In this document: positions 13,201 to 24,100 of the stretch, piece by piece
Position numbering within the stretch: position 1 is the stretch's first letter
How the letters are laid out: each line of letters begins with the position of its first letter
Origin: Takakia lepidozioides
Lineage: Eukaryota; Plantae; Bryophyta
Assembly (NCBI GenBank): GCA_030704615.1
Contig: CM060733.1
Location: forward strand, 5,952,001 to 6,016,000
Reading direction: 5' to 3'
DNA: 64,000 nt
The notes under the pieces: generated by a model
Seen by the model: only the letters and a program-made list of their open reading frames with translations
Told to the model about the DNA's origin: nothing
Database searches by the model: none
Made by a program: the position numbers and the translations under genes

Positions 13201-14704
13201 AGGTGTAGCCTGCAGTGATGATCCACACTAAGTACCATCAAAGTCCAAGCTGGTATTGCGTTGACGATGACAACTATCTGAGCAGGCTTCCTGTCACATA
13301 AAGGCTGTTTCTTTGGTTTTCTAACTGGAGATAGCAGAGAATGGATTTCCTGCAATTGGTTGGCCACTTAGAAGTTGCTTTCAGGCCTTGATGTCAGTTT
13401 GAAGTAGAACAGCTATACCCTGGTTATCAGACCTTGTTGTAGAGGAAGAGTAACGAAGTTGCCGAAGGTTTGCTCTTTGGGTTGCTATGCACAAGGGCTT
13501 GCCTACAGGGTGAGCTGGTCACACCTATTGGTGCCTGTGCACGGCATCTGTATCTGTTACCAGATATTTTATGAATGTACTCAGAAACTGGAATGTTGTT
13601 TAGTAGGGATGAGCCATCTCCCTCCACCACTGATCCTACAGTCCTTGACTTGGAAACATTCCAGTGTTCCCAGGATTGAGTTGTATTTGAAAATGTATTT
13701 CTGCTTGCAAGTTTTAACGAGGATGCGTACAGCATGCAGTGAGGATATATGCACCTTATAGGTTGAAATGTGTTTACTACATTGTATTGACTAGACGTGA
13801 CAAGTGGGGAACAAGAATGATGAGATGCACTGGGCACTGAGGACGCAAGCACACCGCTTTGTCCATGATGCTTCTGGGCGTAGAAAACCCCTTTCTGACT
13901 TATCTCCTCACAATTGTGTGTTTTCAGGTTGAGGTAATGGTTTTTATGAGGTTTGACAAATGCGTGTGATGTTATGCTGGATATCAGGTATGCGATGACA
14001 GGACAATTGACGCAGAAAAGTGATGTTTATAGCTTTGGAGTGGTTCTCCTGGAGCTTCTAACTGGTCGGAAACCTGTGGACCACACCATGCCTCGTGGGC
14101 AGCAAAGTCTTGTGACCTGGGTAAGTGGAATTCTGCTTCAAATGGATGTATCTGTGTCTTGGCCAAGTCATGCATGCCATTGTTGGCGGCCTGCTGTTGT
14201 TTAATATGGTCTTTGGGCAGATTTAGTGTAGTGACACGTCAAAACATTTGTTCTGGCCATATCCATGGAGCATTGCAACCTTGTGTAGAATTAGGCGAAA
14301 ATCAAAGGCTGGTGGTTGTCTAACTTTCTGTATTTATTACTCTTCAGGCAACACCAAGGTTGAGCGAGGACAAAGTAAAGCAATGCGTTGATCCCAAGCT
14401 GAAGGGTGACTATCCTCCGAAGGCAGTTGCCAAGGTTGGTTTTTGTGTCAACCTTTTGAGTTGCATTCTTCGTGCAAGAGATTACATAGTAGATGGTCTC
14501 TTCAGCAACTGGCTGGCTTATGGCAGCCCCTATCTCCGTATTTACCGATGCAAGTTTGGGTTGCAATGGCAGATGGCAGCAGTTGCAGCACTCTGTGTGC
14601 AGTACGAAGCGGACTTTCGCCCCAACATGAGTATCGTGGTGAAAGCCCTGCAACCGCTTCTAACCTCAAGGCCTGCACCACAAGCAGGACCATCGGCAGA
14701 GTAA
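10264..14704 (+). CDS. PTI1: PTI1-like receptor-like cytoplasmic kinase (RLCK-VIII), 362 aa
   Basis: Exons 10264-10351, 11008-11255, 11626-11752, 12179-12452, 13988-14120, 14348-14434, 14573-14704 (1089 nt). N-terminus MGFCCC (myristoylation/S-acylation). Motifs [52 protein letters not shown]. Intron 11256-11625 is GC-AG. Confidence 0.95.
12827..12909 (+). ncRNA. Degenerate paralogue of the intronic box C/D snoRNA (box C mutated)
   Basis: Same 7-bp terminal stem AGCCTGC/GCAGGCT and box D CTGA as 13207-13288, but box C reads GTGGTAA. The internal loop TCAAAGTCCAAGC is identical. Confidence 0.5.
13207..13288 (+). ncRNA. Intronic box C/D snoRNA, target unassigned
   Basis: Perfect 7-bp terminal stem AGCCTGC/GCAGGCT in K-turn register with box C GTGATGA (13215-13221) and box D CTGA (13278-13281). 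C'-like TGACGA present. Same strand as the host gene. Confidence 0.72.
13813..13901 (+). ncRNA. Intronic box C/D snoRNA, snR76/SNORD88-like (25S rRNA Cm guide)
   Basis: Box C ATGATGA 13817-13823, guide GCACTGGGCA, D' CTGA 13837-13840, internal stem GGAC..AAGC/GCTT..GTCC, C' ATGATG 13865-13870, D CTGA 13895-13898, terminal AAG/CTT. The guide is complementary to conserved LSU rRNA UGCCCAGUGC. The D+5 rule hits the third C (yeast Cm2197 equivalent). Confidence 0.85.
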
Positions 14705-15389
14705 CAAGTCTGTGTGATGTTATTAGATTCTTGATTTTGTGCTTGCATGGAGTCCAAAAACCTTGGGTACCTAGTCTGTGTTTGGCATTGAGGGTTTTAT
14801 AATAAGGGGTGGTTTGCAAATGGCTTGAGGTCAGTGCTCAAACCACATCTGCACACAGACCTGCTGCTTTTTGCCTTGCAATTGGCGAGTTTGGAAATGT
14901 TAATTTAAAGTTGTGGGTCTGCCCACATGAGTAAGCAGAGGGGGTCTTAGAGGAAGTTGGAAGCTGGTTTGAACTGTACTTAATGGTGGGATGATATGAG
15001 TGGAAGGGCTTGGTGTTTGACATGCGCCAAGTATCTTTGGATAGGCCAGGCTTTGTTCATCTCTGAACAGTGGCAATGCATGCCTGTTGATGACTGCATG
15101 TATACCAGTTTGGGAGGCCAAGATTATTTATTGTTCTGGCTGCACCATGATTGTATAAAGAGGTTTCTGATTACGAAGTCTGCTCTTTGCCTGCCTGAGC
15201 ATCTCTCTCAGTTTTGTGGGGGTGTGCCCACAGATGTGAATTTGCAGGCATGCAGTCTAGTCACAAGACTGTGCATTGTGAAACTTGTCAAAGGTTACTG
15301 TAGATATGCTTGTGAGGATTACGGAATAGTGAGTGCCTAGGAGCACTGAAATTGGACGGGGTAGCAGTACCCCTCTTTCGCACTTGAGC

Positions 15390-15490
15390 AGGCAGCCCAG
15401 TTGGTGGGAATTTGTGCCTTGCCTGTGCATAACCAGGGCGATCCTGGGTTCAATCCTTAATGATCGTCCTTCTACTGTCCATTGTCCCCT
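15390..15490 (+). mobile_element. tRNA-derived SINE-like element (family B)
   Basis: CAGCCCAGTTGG...TTTGTGCCTTGCCTGTGCATAA...GATCCTGGGTTCAATCC...ACTGTCCATTG. A closely similar inverted copy lies at ~24725-24815. Confidence 0.55.
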
Positions 15491-16487
15491 CAAGTGTGTT
15501 GAGCAGTAGGCTCACTTGTTAAATCACATTGGTTGTTTCACTTCATAGGAGGTGGCAATTGTGTGTGGCTGTCAGTCACATTTGTAGTCTTTAAGCAATC
15601 CCATTTTCCAGGTGGCTTCAATCTGGGAGCCAGAATTTTGGCGAAAGTAATTTGGTCCACTGAGGAGCAATGGACACGGTAACCTGTGCAAGGAGATGGA
15701 TGACAAGCTGCTAGTGGCTCATACCTCATACTGGCTGCAGATGGATGAAGGGTGAATGGATATGTAAAATGCTGCTCTTCAAAAAGCCCTTGTGCGCCGC
15801 AGTTATGGACTTGCCCTTCCACTAAAAACCATGTATGGGCCTTTAGGTGAGGTAATACCAGTGTCGGACTGGTATATAGGTCCAACCCGGGTATCAATAC
15901 TGATATCAACCCGGGTAAGTAAGGCCATACCCGGCTGGTAGGTAGGTTGGCCAATACCCGGGCTAAAGGCAAATATGTACCACACTCCATATTGCTGTAT
16001 ATATCATACTTGTATGGTATGGCGATGGACGATATTGCTATTGATACCAGTATTGTTGCTATGTGAGCCTCGAAAGGGGCAATAGGTGTATGTGTGGAGT
16101 TTGGGCAAGCGAATTCATAGGCATTTATGGCATTTATGGCATCTGTTTGATACTCAATGTACAATGTGCAAAAATATAGGTATGATATGGTATATTTTTG
16201 CAATGACGCATTTTTCCATGTGTGCATTGTGCTGTAATTGTGATCCATTGCGAAGGTCAATTCTTTTTTTCAGGTTATTGAATATTTCTTGAATATACTG
16301 AATATTTCATATACCTACCCGGGCAATATTCCTATTCCCCCATATGAGATGGAAAAGAAGAAATATTGATACTCTATTGATATAAGTCATGAAACAACAA
16401 CAAAATCTTACGGTCCAATTATCTTACAGATACCTATGATATGAAATAGTTCTTTAAGAGAACGGCCTTCTTCTTTTGTGGTCAGAC

Positions 16488-16991
16488 CAGTGTTGGACTG
16501 GTATCAAGTTTTTTACATTCCAGTCTGGTCCTGGTACCAGGCGTATCACAAAGTTTTCATACCAGTCCGGTCTATATAATGGTGGATGTATATTTGTCCA
16601 AATATTGGTATGAGTATGAGTATCATGACCACAATACCAGCTGGTATGAGGTATCAACTCTGGTATCATCCTTTATGTGTATTGTATTTATTTTCACTTG
16701 ATATTTGCTATTTGATAAACTTGTAATTCAAGATGGCTTTAGAAGTAAATATACATAAATACAAATGTATAGACAAATATACACGTAAATTAATATGGTA
16801 CACATACCAGAGTAAATGAGGTAGACGGGGGAGTACTGGTATTGTGGCTGGTATGAAAAAACTGATACCAGCCTGGTCTGGTATATGACCAAGTATTCTC
16901 CCAAACGATACCAGACTGGTCTGGTATCTAATACCAGTGCATAGACCAGTACTTTATACCAGTCCTTCATCTATATACCAGTCCAACACAA
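16488..16991. mobile_element. Non-autonomous hAT-like element (MITE)
   Basis: TIRs CAGTGTTGGACTGGTAT / ATACCAGTCCAACAC(aa), many TACCAG/CTGGTA subterminal motifs and a degenerate 8-bp TSD (ggtcagac/agtcaaaa). A related left end starts at ~15859. Confidence 0.65.
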
Positions 16992-17244
16992 GTCAAAAAC
17001 AAAATGGTGTAAGCTTAAAGATACCCAGCAGTGGAGTGTACAAAAAATGTTTTTGGGCTATGAGACATAATCCGACATCTAACTGCAACTGTACTCTCTT
17101 GTATACACATATTGTTGGAAATTCTGGAAGGCTTTTGGTTGTCAATGTGTCTATCTAATCATCCTTGTGGCCTGTCGTTCTATAAGGGTTATGAAAAACA
17201 AAACACTTTGTTGTGTGATGAACATCAATATATGAAGCGAGACG

Positions 17245-17870
17245 TTTGTTTGTTTTGTTTTGTAGCGTTGAGATGTCCCAAACCGCATGGCCCTAGCCCT
17301 GGTGCTTGGTACCGTTGGAAAGCCCTCAACAAGGAGGGGTGCACCGGCTTGGTCCCATGATTTTTGGACATGCGGTGTGGGAGATACAGAATTCCAAGTA
17401 CTTTTGGTCGCTGGAAATTCACAAAAAATAGCAAAAATGACAAAGTGGACATTCCTGGGACAATGGTTGGAGCCTCGAGGGGAGAGATATCAAGGGAAAG
17501 GTCTCCGGTCTGGTTGTAGGTTCTCTGAAAAAACAAAATGATCAGATATGGGATTGCACTTGGACTTAATTGACATTGGACACTTGGGCCAGTACATGGG
17601 AGATGCACTTGGATACATGAATAGAAGATTGCACTTGGGCTTAGATTTCAATTCTTCACACATGGGCCAACGGCATAGGCTACACTACAGGTCGCACTTG
17701 GCCTCGACATAGGAGACCCACTTGGATATATAAGAAATTGCACTTGGGCTTAGATTTCAATTCTTCACACATGGGCCTTGGCATAGGAGACGCTACTTGA
17801 ATACACAGGGGATTGCATTTGGACTTAGATTTCAATTCTTAACACATAGGCCAATGGCGTAGGCTACCCT
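17245..17870 (+). repeat. Dispersed repeat family, second copy at ~57415-57990; internal ~100-bp tandem units
   Basis: The stretch TTTGTTTTGTTTTG.AGCG..GAGATGTCCCAAAC...GTGCTTGGTACCG..GGAAAGCCCTC...TACTTTTGGTCG.TGGAAATTC is shared by both copies. TTAGATTTCAATTCTT.ACACAT occurs three times in 17630-17860. Confidence 0.75.
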
Positions 17871-18325
17871 AGGCCTAGATCTCCCAAAGAGGAGGGTCTC
17901 TAGATACAACCTCATACTCCAGTGCCCCCTGCAATGGTATCAAACAACATGGCGTCATTGCACAGTCATGATGGGCAGACTCAGCAGACTGACACTCAAC
18001 AGACCGAGCACTCAGCTGACTCAGCAGACTCAATCTTCAAACCCAGTCCACTGGACAGATACAAAGGTCAACTTAATCGCTCAGAGTCAAGAAGACACTG
18101 CGGAACCAGACTCTGACTCAGGAGACTCAGTCTCAGCAGACTCGGAAGAGTTCTTACTCGTCCCCAATTGGCACCAAAATGAAATTGCACTCTTTCAAGT
18201 CCTTGCCCAGTCGTTCAGTGCTGAGGTAACCTTTGAAGACCTCCAGAAGGCTTTCATGTTGCCCCGCCCCCAATAACTTCAACACCGTCCACGTCGACGT
18301 TGGAAGAACAGCAATAGTCTTAGTG

Positions 18326-18830
18326 CACTACAACAGATCGTGGTATATATGATTGTATGTATGACTATCCCGTAGTCATAAACGGTACATATGACTGCAA
18401 TGACTTTAAGTCGTGCAAACCAAGTGAATACAATGAGTACAGTATGGTCGGTCATGGATGACTGCAGTCAGATGAACCAAGTGATACATCTCACTGTCAT
18501 GTGGCAGTCATATGTACTTCTACCATACATGACTTAGTGTGCTGCTGCAAACTGTACACGTGTCTATTTTTAATAAGTCCAGGAGGTTTTGTGGATGTGC
18601 GCCATATGGCGTCTCCCGAAACTGCCACGTGGCATATCCATGAGGAGGATCTGCAGTCATCATCCTGACTTCAACCATGCTAATATCTGGACACGTGGCA
18701 TATAATGAGAGGTCTTACAGTCATTGTCCTGACTACAATATGTGGACACGTGGCATATATTGAGGAGGTCTTGCAGTCATGATCCTGACTATGACATGCT
18801 GATATGTGGACACGTGGTGTCATATGATGG
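18326..18830 (+). mobile_element. Possible CACTA-type terminus with subterminal repeats and a G-box tandem array
   Basis: CACTACAA starts at 18326 and is followed by dense ATGACT/AGTCAT direct and inverted motifs. Four ~55-66-bp units contain CACGTGG. No matching nearby right TIR was found. Confidence 0.4.
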
Positions 18831-19279
18831 GTTGTTTTGAACTTTTTAAATGAATTGGACTGTCAGAACCACGACTATGCTTATCTCGTTAGGGTTAGTA
18901 GAGGTTAGGGTTAGTATTATTCAATACTAAACAAAGAGAAGAACAAAGGAAAGAACAAATAGACAAAAAATGACTCTGCAAATGATTGCTTTATTCACAA
19001 GCAAGAATTACATGAAAGAACAAAGTCAGCAAGTGCAAAGGACAAAACATAGGCACTTAAAGACAGCGGTAGATATAAGAGCTTCTCTTAAACTGCTGCC
19101 AGTCAAATTTACAATATAGCATCAGAGTCCCAAAATCTGGCTCCTCAAACAATAGTATGACAAACTGCAAAGGACACTACATATACACTGAAGATAGCAA
19201 CAGATGTAAAATGCGTATGTCTTTCTACATTTGCTACTGTTCCAGCACAACAACAAATCAACATGATAGGGTGCACCCA

Positions 19280-20900
19280 CATTTTGCATGTACATGTCCA
19301 CGAGGGTGTTGTTCAGAATGACATTTAGTAAAATTCCAGCTCTAACAATGTTGCCATGGACTTCAGTGCCATTTTCCAGAGCTGCCAGGCTTGCACATGC
19401 AGTGCAAATGCACAAAAATGTGATGTAGTCGGGCTTCACCCCTTCCCCCATCATTTGACCATAGGTCTCCAAAGCCTCCATACCACGTCCATGTTGTGCA
19501 TACCCTGCAAGCATCGCGACACCACATCTCGTTCAGCCATAGTGTTGAAAACTCCCTTTGCATCCTTAATGCACCCACATTTAGCATACATGTCCACCAG
19601 GGCAGTGTTCAGAATGACATCTGGTACAATTCCAGCTTTGACGATGTCACCATGAATTCTTTCTGGCCCTCTTGGATGAATCTGGACCCACACTCTATCC
19701 CTGCTCCTTCAGCTATCCATGCCTATGCACAAATCATGCATACAACCTTGTCTTGCTGCTAGCAGCTGACGATGACAGCCTAGATTTCATATTCTACGAA
19801 ACACCCAACTCAACTTATGACACTTACTCCTATACTCAATTGCATCTGCTACTCTCTATAATCAAACATACATTCATCTTCTTGCCTTGATTGTCCCACC
19901 ATTGACTGGGTAGGAAAAGTATGCATTCCACAGCTTCTCCTCATCTCTGTTACCTATTTTTCGATACTTTCTTGTTGTCACATTGGCAGTATCATGTCAA
20001 AGTCACTCTAAACTATCAAAGGTTCACTCAACTAGCTAGCTTGCAGAATTCAACATGAAAACTTAGGGTCGATTCTGATAAGAAGGAAAAACAAGGTGAA
20101 ATGTGTTGAAGAAGGTGCCTTCATTAGCAGTGTCTGATTTTATCAATTCTGTCGCTGCTGCTGCAGCTTCCAGTTGACCATCTACCCATGCAAGTTGCTA
20201 GTAGCTATTGATCCATAGGGAATCGTAGGTAATCTGGAGCTTGAAGTCTGGCCCTCTTCGATGAAACTGGACCCACACTCTATCCCTGCTCCTTCAGCTA
20301 TCCATGCCTCTGCCCAAATCTTGCATTCACCCTTGCTTTGCTGCTAGCAGCTGACATGGAAGTCTTATTTTTCTAGGAAACACCCAACTCAACTTATCAC
20401 ACTAGCTAGTTCTTATGCTCAATTGCATCTTCTACTCTTTGTAATCCAACAGGCATTCACTTTTTTGCCTTGATTGTCCCACCATTGACTGGGGTCAGAA
20501 AAGTATTCACTACAATAGAACGCTCCCAGGCGTGCACACGCATTGCAAACACACACAAATATGATGCGGTTGGGCTTCCCCTTCGCGCAACATTTGCTCA
20601 TAGGTCTCCAAAGCATTCCTACCAACCCATGCTTGGTAAATCCTGCCAACATTATATTCCACATGATCAAAGATCGTTGAGGGATTCTGTTGAACACTTG
20701 GTGAGCATAGATGTACACCAGGGGAATGTTCAGAATGATATCTGGTACAATCTAGCTTTGATAATGTCACCATGAACCTCTTTGACCATTCGCAGGGCTC
20801 CTAGACTCGCATATGCACATAAACACAAATGAGCATGACCTGGTCTGGCTTCATCCCTTCCCACATCATTTGCTCTTAGGTTTCCAAAGCCTTAATCCCA
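19280..20900 (-). pseudogene. Tandemly duplicated PLS-class PPR pseudogene fragments
   Basis: HGDIVKAGIVPDVILNTALVDMYAKCG, MLAGYAQHGRGMEALETY..PDYITFLCICTACASL and LIMWNIMLAGFTKHG appear with frameshifts. Block ~19660-19920 is duplicated at ~20245-20505. Confidence 0.8.
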
Positions 20901-21013
20901 TACCCGTGGGGTGCATTTGGCTCGACTTAATATGAGTGATGTTTTCATGTGCAAATTTGTGAGTTTGAGAGAGCTTGTGTGCTTGTATCATTCATTTCTT
21001 TATCATTGTGATG

Positions 21014-21166
21014 GACTAGTGGCTGCACTAGTGGTTGTTAGTGGCAGCCTAGTGGTTGGACTAGTGATAGCCTAGTGGTGGACTAGTGGCTACACTAGTG
21101 GTGGCTAGTGGTTGTCTAGTGACAGCCTAGTGGTGCACTAGTGGTGGACTAGTGATAGACTAGTGT
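21014..21166. repeat. Minisatellite with CTAGTG(G) core, 10-12-bp period, ~14 units
   Basis: gactagtggctgcactagtggttgttagtggcagcctagtgg... is directly visible. Confidence 0.85.
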
Positions 21167-24100
21167 TTGGTGTGCACATGTCTTGTGTGGTTTTGGACAA
21201 CGATGTAGTTGTGTAACGATATGTATGCGCACGACAACCTGTTGGCAACACAAGTGTCAAATGCATAACAATATAATAAATAATCACAACCAGTTTTAAG
21301 CAATTCAAACAAGTGAAGAACATTGTATCTTTATAAAAGTTGGACCTGTCAATGCCTTCAAACCACATGGAGGCCAAGAATTGAATCCGTGGACAGGTGA
21401 GCTGTGATAGCAGGCAGCGAGTGCAAGCAGGCATGGGGCTGGGGCTGCGAGAGCAACGTCCAGACTTATTAGGGTTTGCCTGCGGGCCCCGCCTTCTTGA
21501 GTTCAATATTTTTTCACCTAAACGCCCTTCCTCGGATGTAACCTGGCCTGGCACGTTGGATTTCTGCCGTGTGGCGGACTTCGACGGCCATTTCCATTTT
21601 TTGTAATATAAGAAGGGCCGGAATCCGTCCAGGCCTTGCCAACTAAGGCAGATTGCCTGTCTGGAATGAAATGGAAAGGCTAAGATCCTTCCTAAAAGTA
21701 GGGCACCTGGTTGATTTCCGCTTCGGCCATTTTCTCCCTCGGATCCATTTCCTGAGGTTTCATATTTCATTCGGAAATTCTGGAATTCAGTCGGCTAGCA
21801 TGTAACTGGCTGCTGGTTCTCCCCGTTGGTTGGCCATAAAGCACCTGGGGAACCCACCCTTTTCGTCTGGGAAGGGGGGAGCATGGCGCCCTAAATCCAA
21901 GGACTGGCCCCTATCGCACCAGGGGTCAGCACAATTTCGCCACCTGCACCTATCTCGACCGTCCGATCTCCAGCCACTAGCCATATTGCAGCCATATATA
22001 ATAAACATATTGCCACATTGCATTGTCTCATCGCCATATTGCACAAATATAGCATACCTATAGCCAGGTGGATTCTAGGTGGATGTTGTACATGTCGCCA
22101 CCTCTGCACTCAGTCCCAAAAGTGTTTCGCCACGTCCACGCCAAGGCAGAAATGAATAAAAAAGGGCTGGCCTAGACTCCTTCAAGCGATACATTTCTTT
22201 GAATATTTATAAGTGGCAGCGGGCCCCACAAAGAATCGCTCTCCTTAAGGTGCCGCAGATCAAAACTAGTTGACCCCACCAAAATCAACATAGCTGGGCC
22301 ATAGCCCGGGGAGTTCATTCCTTGTAAAACTTTGTTACCATCTGCGAACAAAGGGTATATAGTTGGGGGGTATTATTTGGTTTTTTTTTTTTTTTTTTGT
22401 ACCCTTGCATTACATAATTTTGTAATACGGGTCTTTTGTAGACACCCTATTTTGAATTATAAAAAATAACTATATTCTTTTATTAGGACCCAAATTTACT
22501 TTAAAATATTATATAAAGTTCAATTTGAAGGGGAAAAAAAAAATTAGTTGCAGCACATGCACAGCAAACAACAAAATACATGAACTTTATTCAAGCCAAT
22601 ATGGCCTACTATCGTTCACTAACAAACTCATTCAATGACTCTGCATCATTACTATCTAACACATACAAGTTGTTAAACCCATTCACTCATACTTTCATGC
22701 ATAGTCACCTACTTACGTTCATCCACCCGGGGGAATCATAATGGTGAAGGGAATCCTAGCTCTACAACCCCACCTTTTTATTTTCTTCTTCCCGTATATT
22801 CTGTTTAAAAAGTCTGTAACACAAAGGCAAAAAAGTACCCCTATCTTTTTTATAAATGTAATTTTCATAATACCACAACCCTTTGTTAAAACTAAATCTT
22901 TTAGAATTTTTATTTTCAAGAATTTGTTGGACCCTATGTTTTTATCGCACATGGTTTGGAATTCATGCCGATTGACTTCGGCTAGGGCCATAGCCCCCAC
23001 CATACCCGTAGAGTCGTAGTCGTGTGCCCGAGGCAACTTCATTAACTAGTCTTTGTGGTGCAGGAGAAAAAGTTCTGCGAGTCAAAGCTGTGTATTAGTT
23101 GAAGACCTACTAATTAGCAGTATTGCCGACTTCTGTTGTAGCAAGTCACGTCCGGCTATCGATAAACCATCCCTACAACGATTGGAGACCTTCAGCATCC
23201 CACCCCTGTGATGATCAGTTGCGATTGTGATCAAATCAAGGATGTCATGACTGGTGATCCGCTCAACAACAGTTTAAGACCAGACTCTTCAAGAATTGCC
23301 TAATCTACAAAGCCGCCTCCTATAACGTAAGTCTCTAGAATCCATTCAAGTGGGGGTGCTTAAGGAGTGCATTTCGGCATGCTGCCAATGTGGCTATTCG
23401 GGGTAAGTTTGGCATCCCTTCCTTAAGCTCCCGACGAGATGAACTCAAGGTCAGATGGTGGGGCCAGCTGCAACATATGTCCAACATCAGATATACTAAG
23501 TTAATCGACTCTATACCTTGGAAGCAGGATCGCCCTGTCAAAAAGGTCGCGGCGTAAGAGAGTATAAGAGAATCTTAGCCAGCAAGTCTTGACCCTGCTG
23601 GATAAATCTAACTTAGAGCAGCCTTCCATGTACTCGGCCCACCGTTTAAGGGAGGAAACGGACAAAACTGGCCGGGTATGCTTCTCACTTCCAGGCATGG
23701 GGCGGCGGGGCCCGATGGACGAGTTCCCGTGTCGGTAGCGCAGCCCGATAAAATGCGAAGAGAGCTATGCCGAGTACCGCGAACTGATTTCATGTACTTG
23801 CCTGCCACGTCGTGTTAAAGTCACTCGTACCTGCAGTACCCTCTACCACGTCACGCTAAAGTCCAAAACTATTACTCGGCCGCCGAGCTCCACATGACAT
23901 TGGAAATGCTCGAGTGAACCCAACCATTTTTTTTTTAGCACCCGACAAACTTTTTTTTTTGCGGGCCTAGCTCCTCCCACATGGAAGGATGCCCTTAGAC
24001 GTTGTAGCTTCCAAAGCCATGTGTGTTGCCAAGAAATTGTCGCTAAACAAAGAGTGAACACTCACATATCAGGCAGTATAGAGGACCAACGAGCTCTGCA

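Noticed and set aside
13498-13540. 10-nt rRNA complementarities CTTGCCTACA and CCTATTGGTG
   Set aside because: No associated box C, non-canonical D boxes, and 10-mers are expected by chance.
15538-16260. 240-aa minus-strand ORF
   Set aside because: Runs through a hAT-like repeat and 3' flank; no domain features.
17630-18830. Regularly spaced repeats resembling a CRISPR array
   Set aside because: Eukaryotic context, spacers are themselves homologous, and no cas genes.
21138-21770. 210-aa minus-strand ORF
   Set aside because: No recognisable homology or splice support; ends in the minisatellite.
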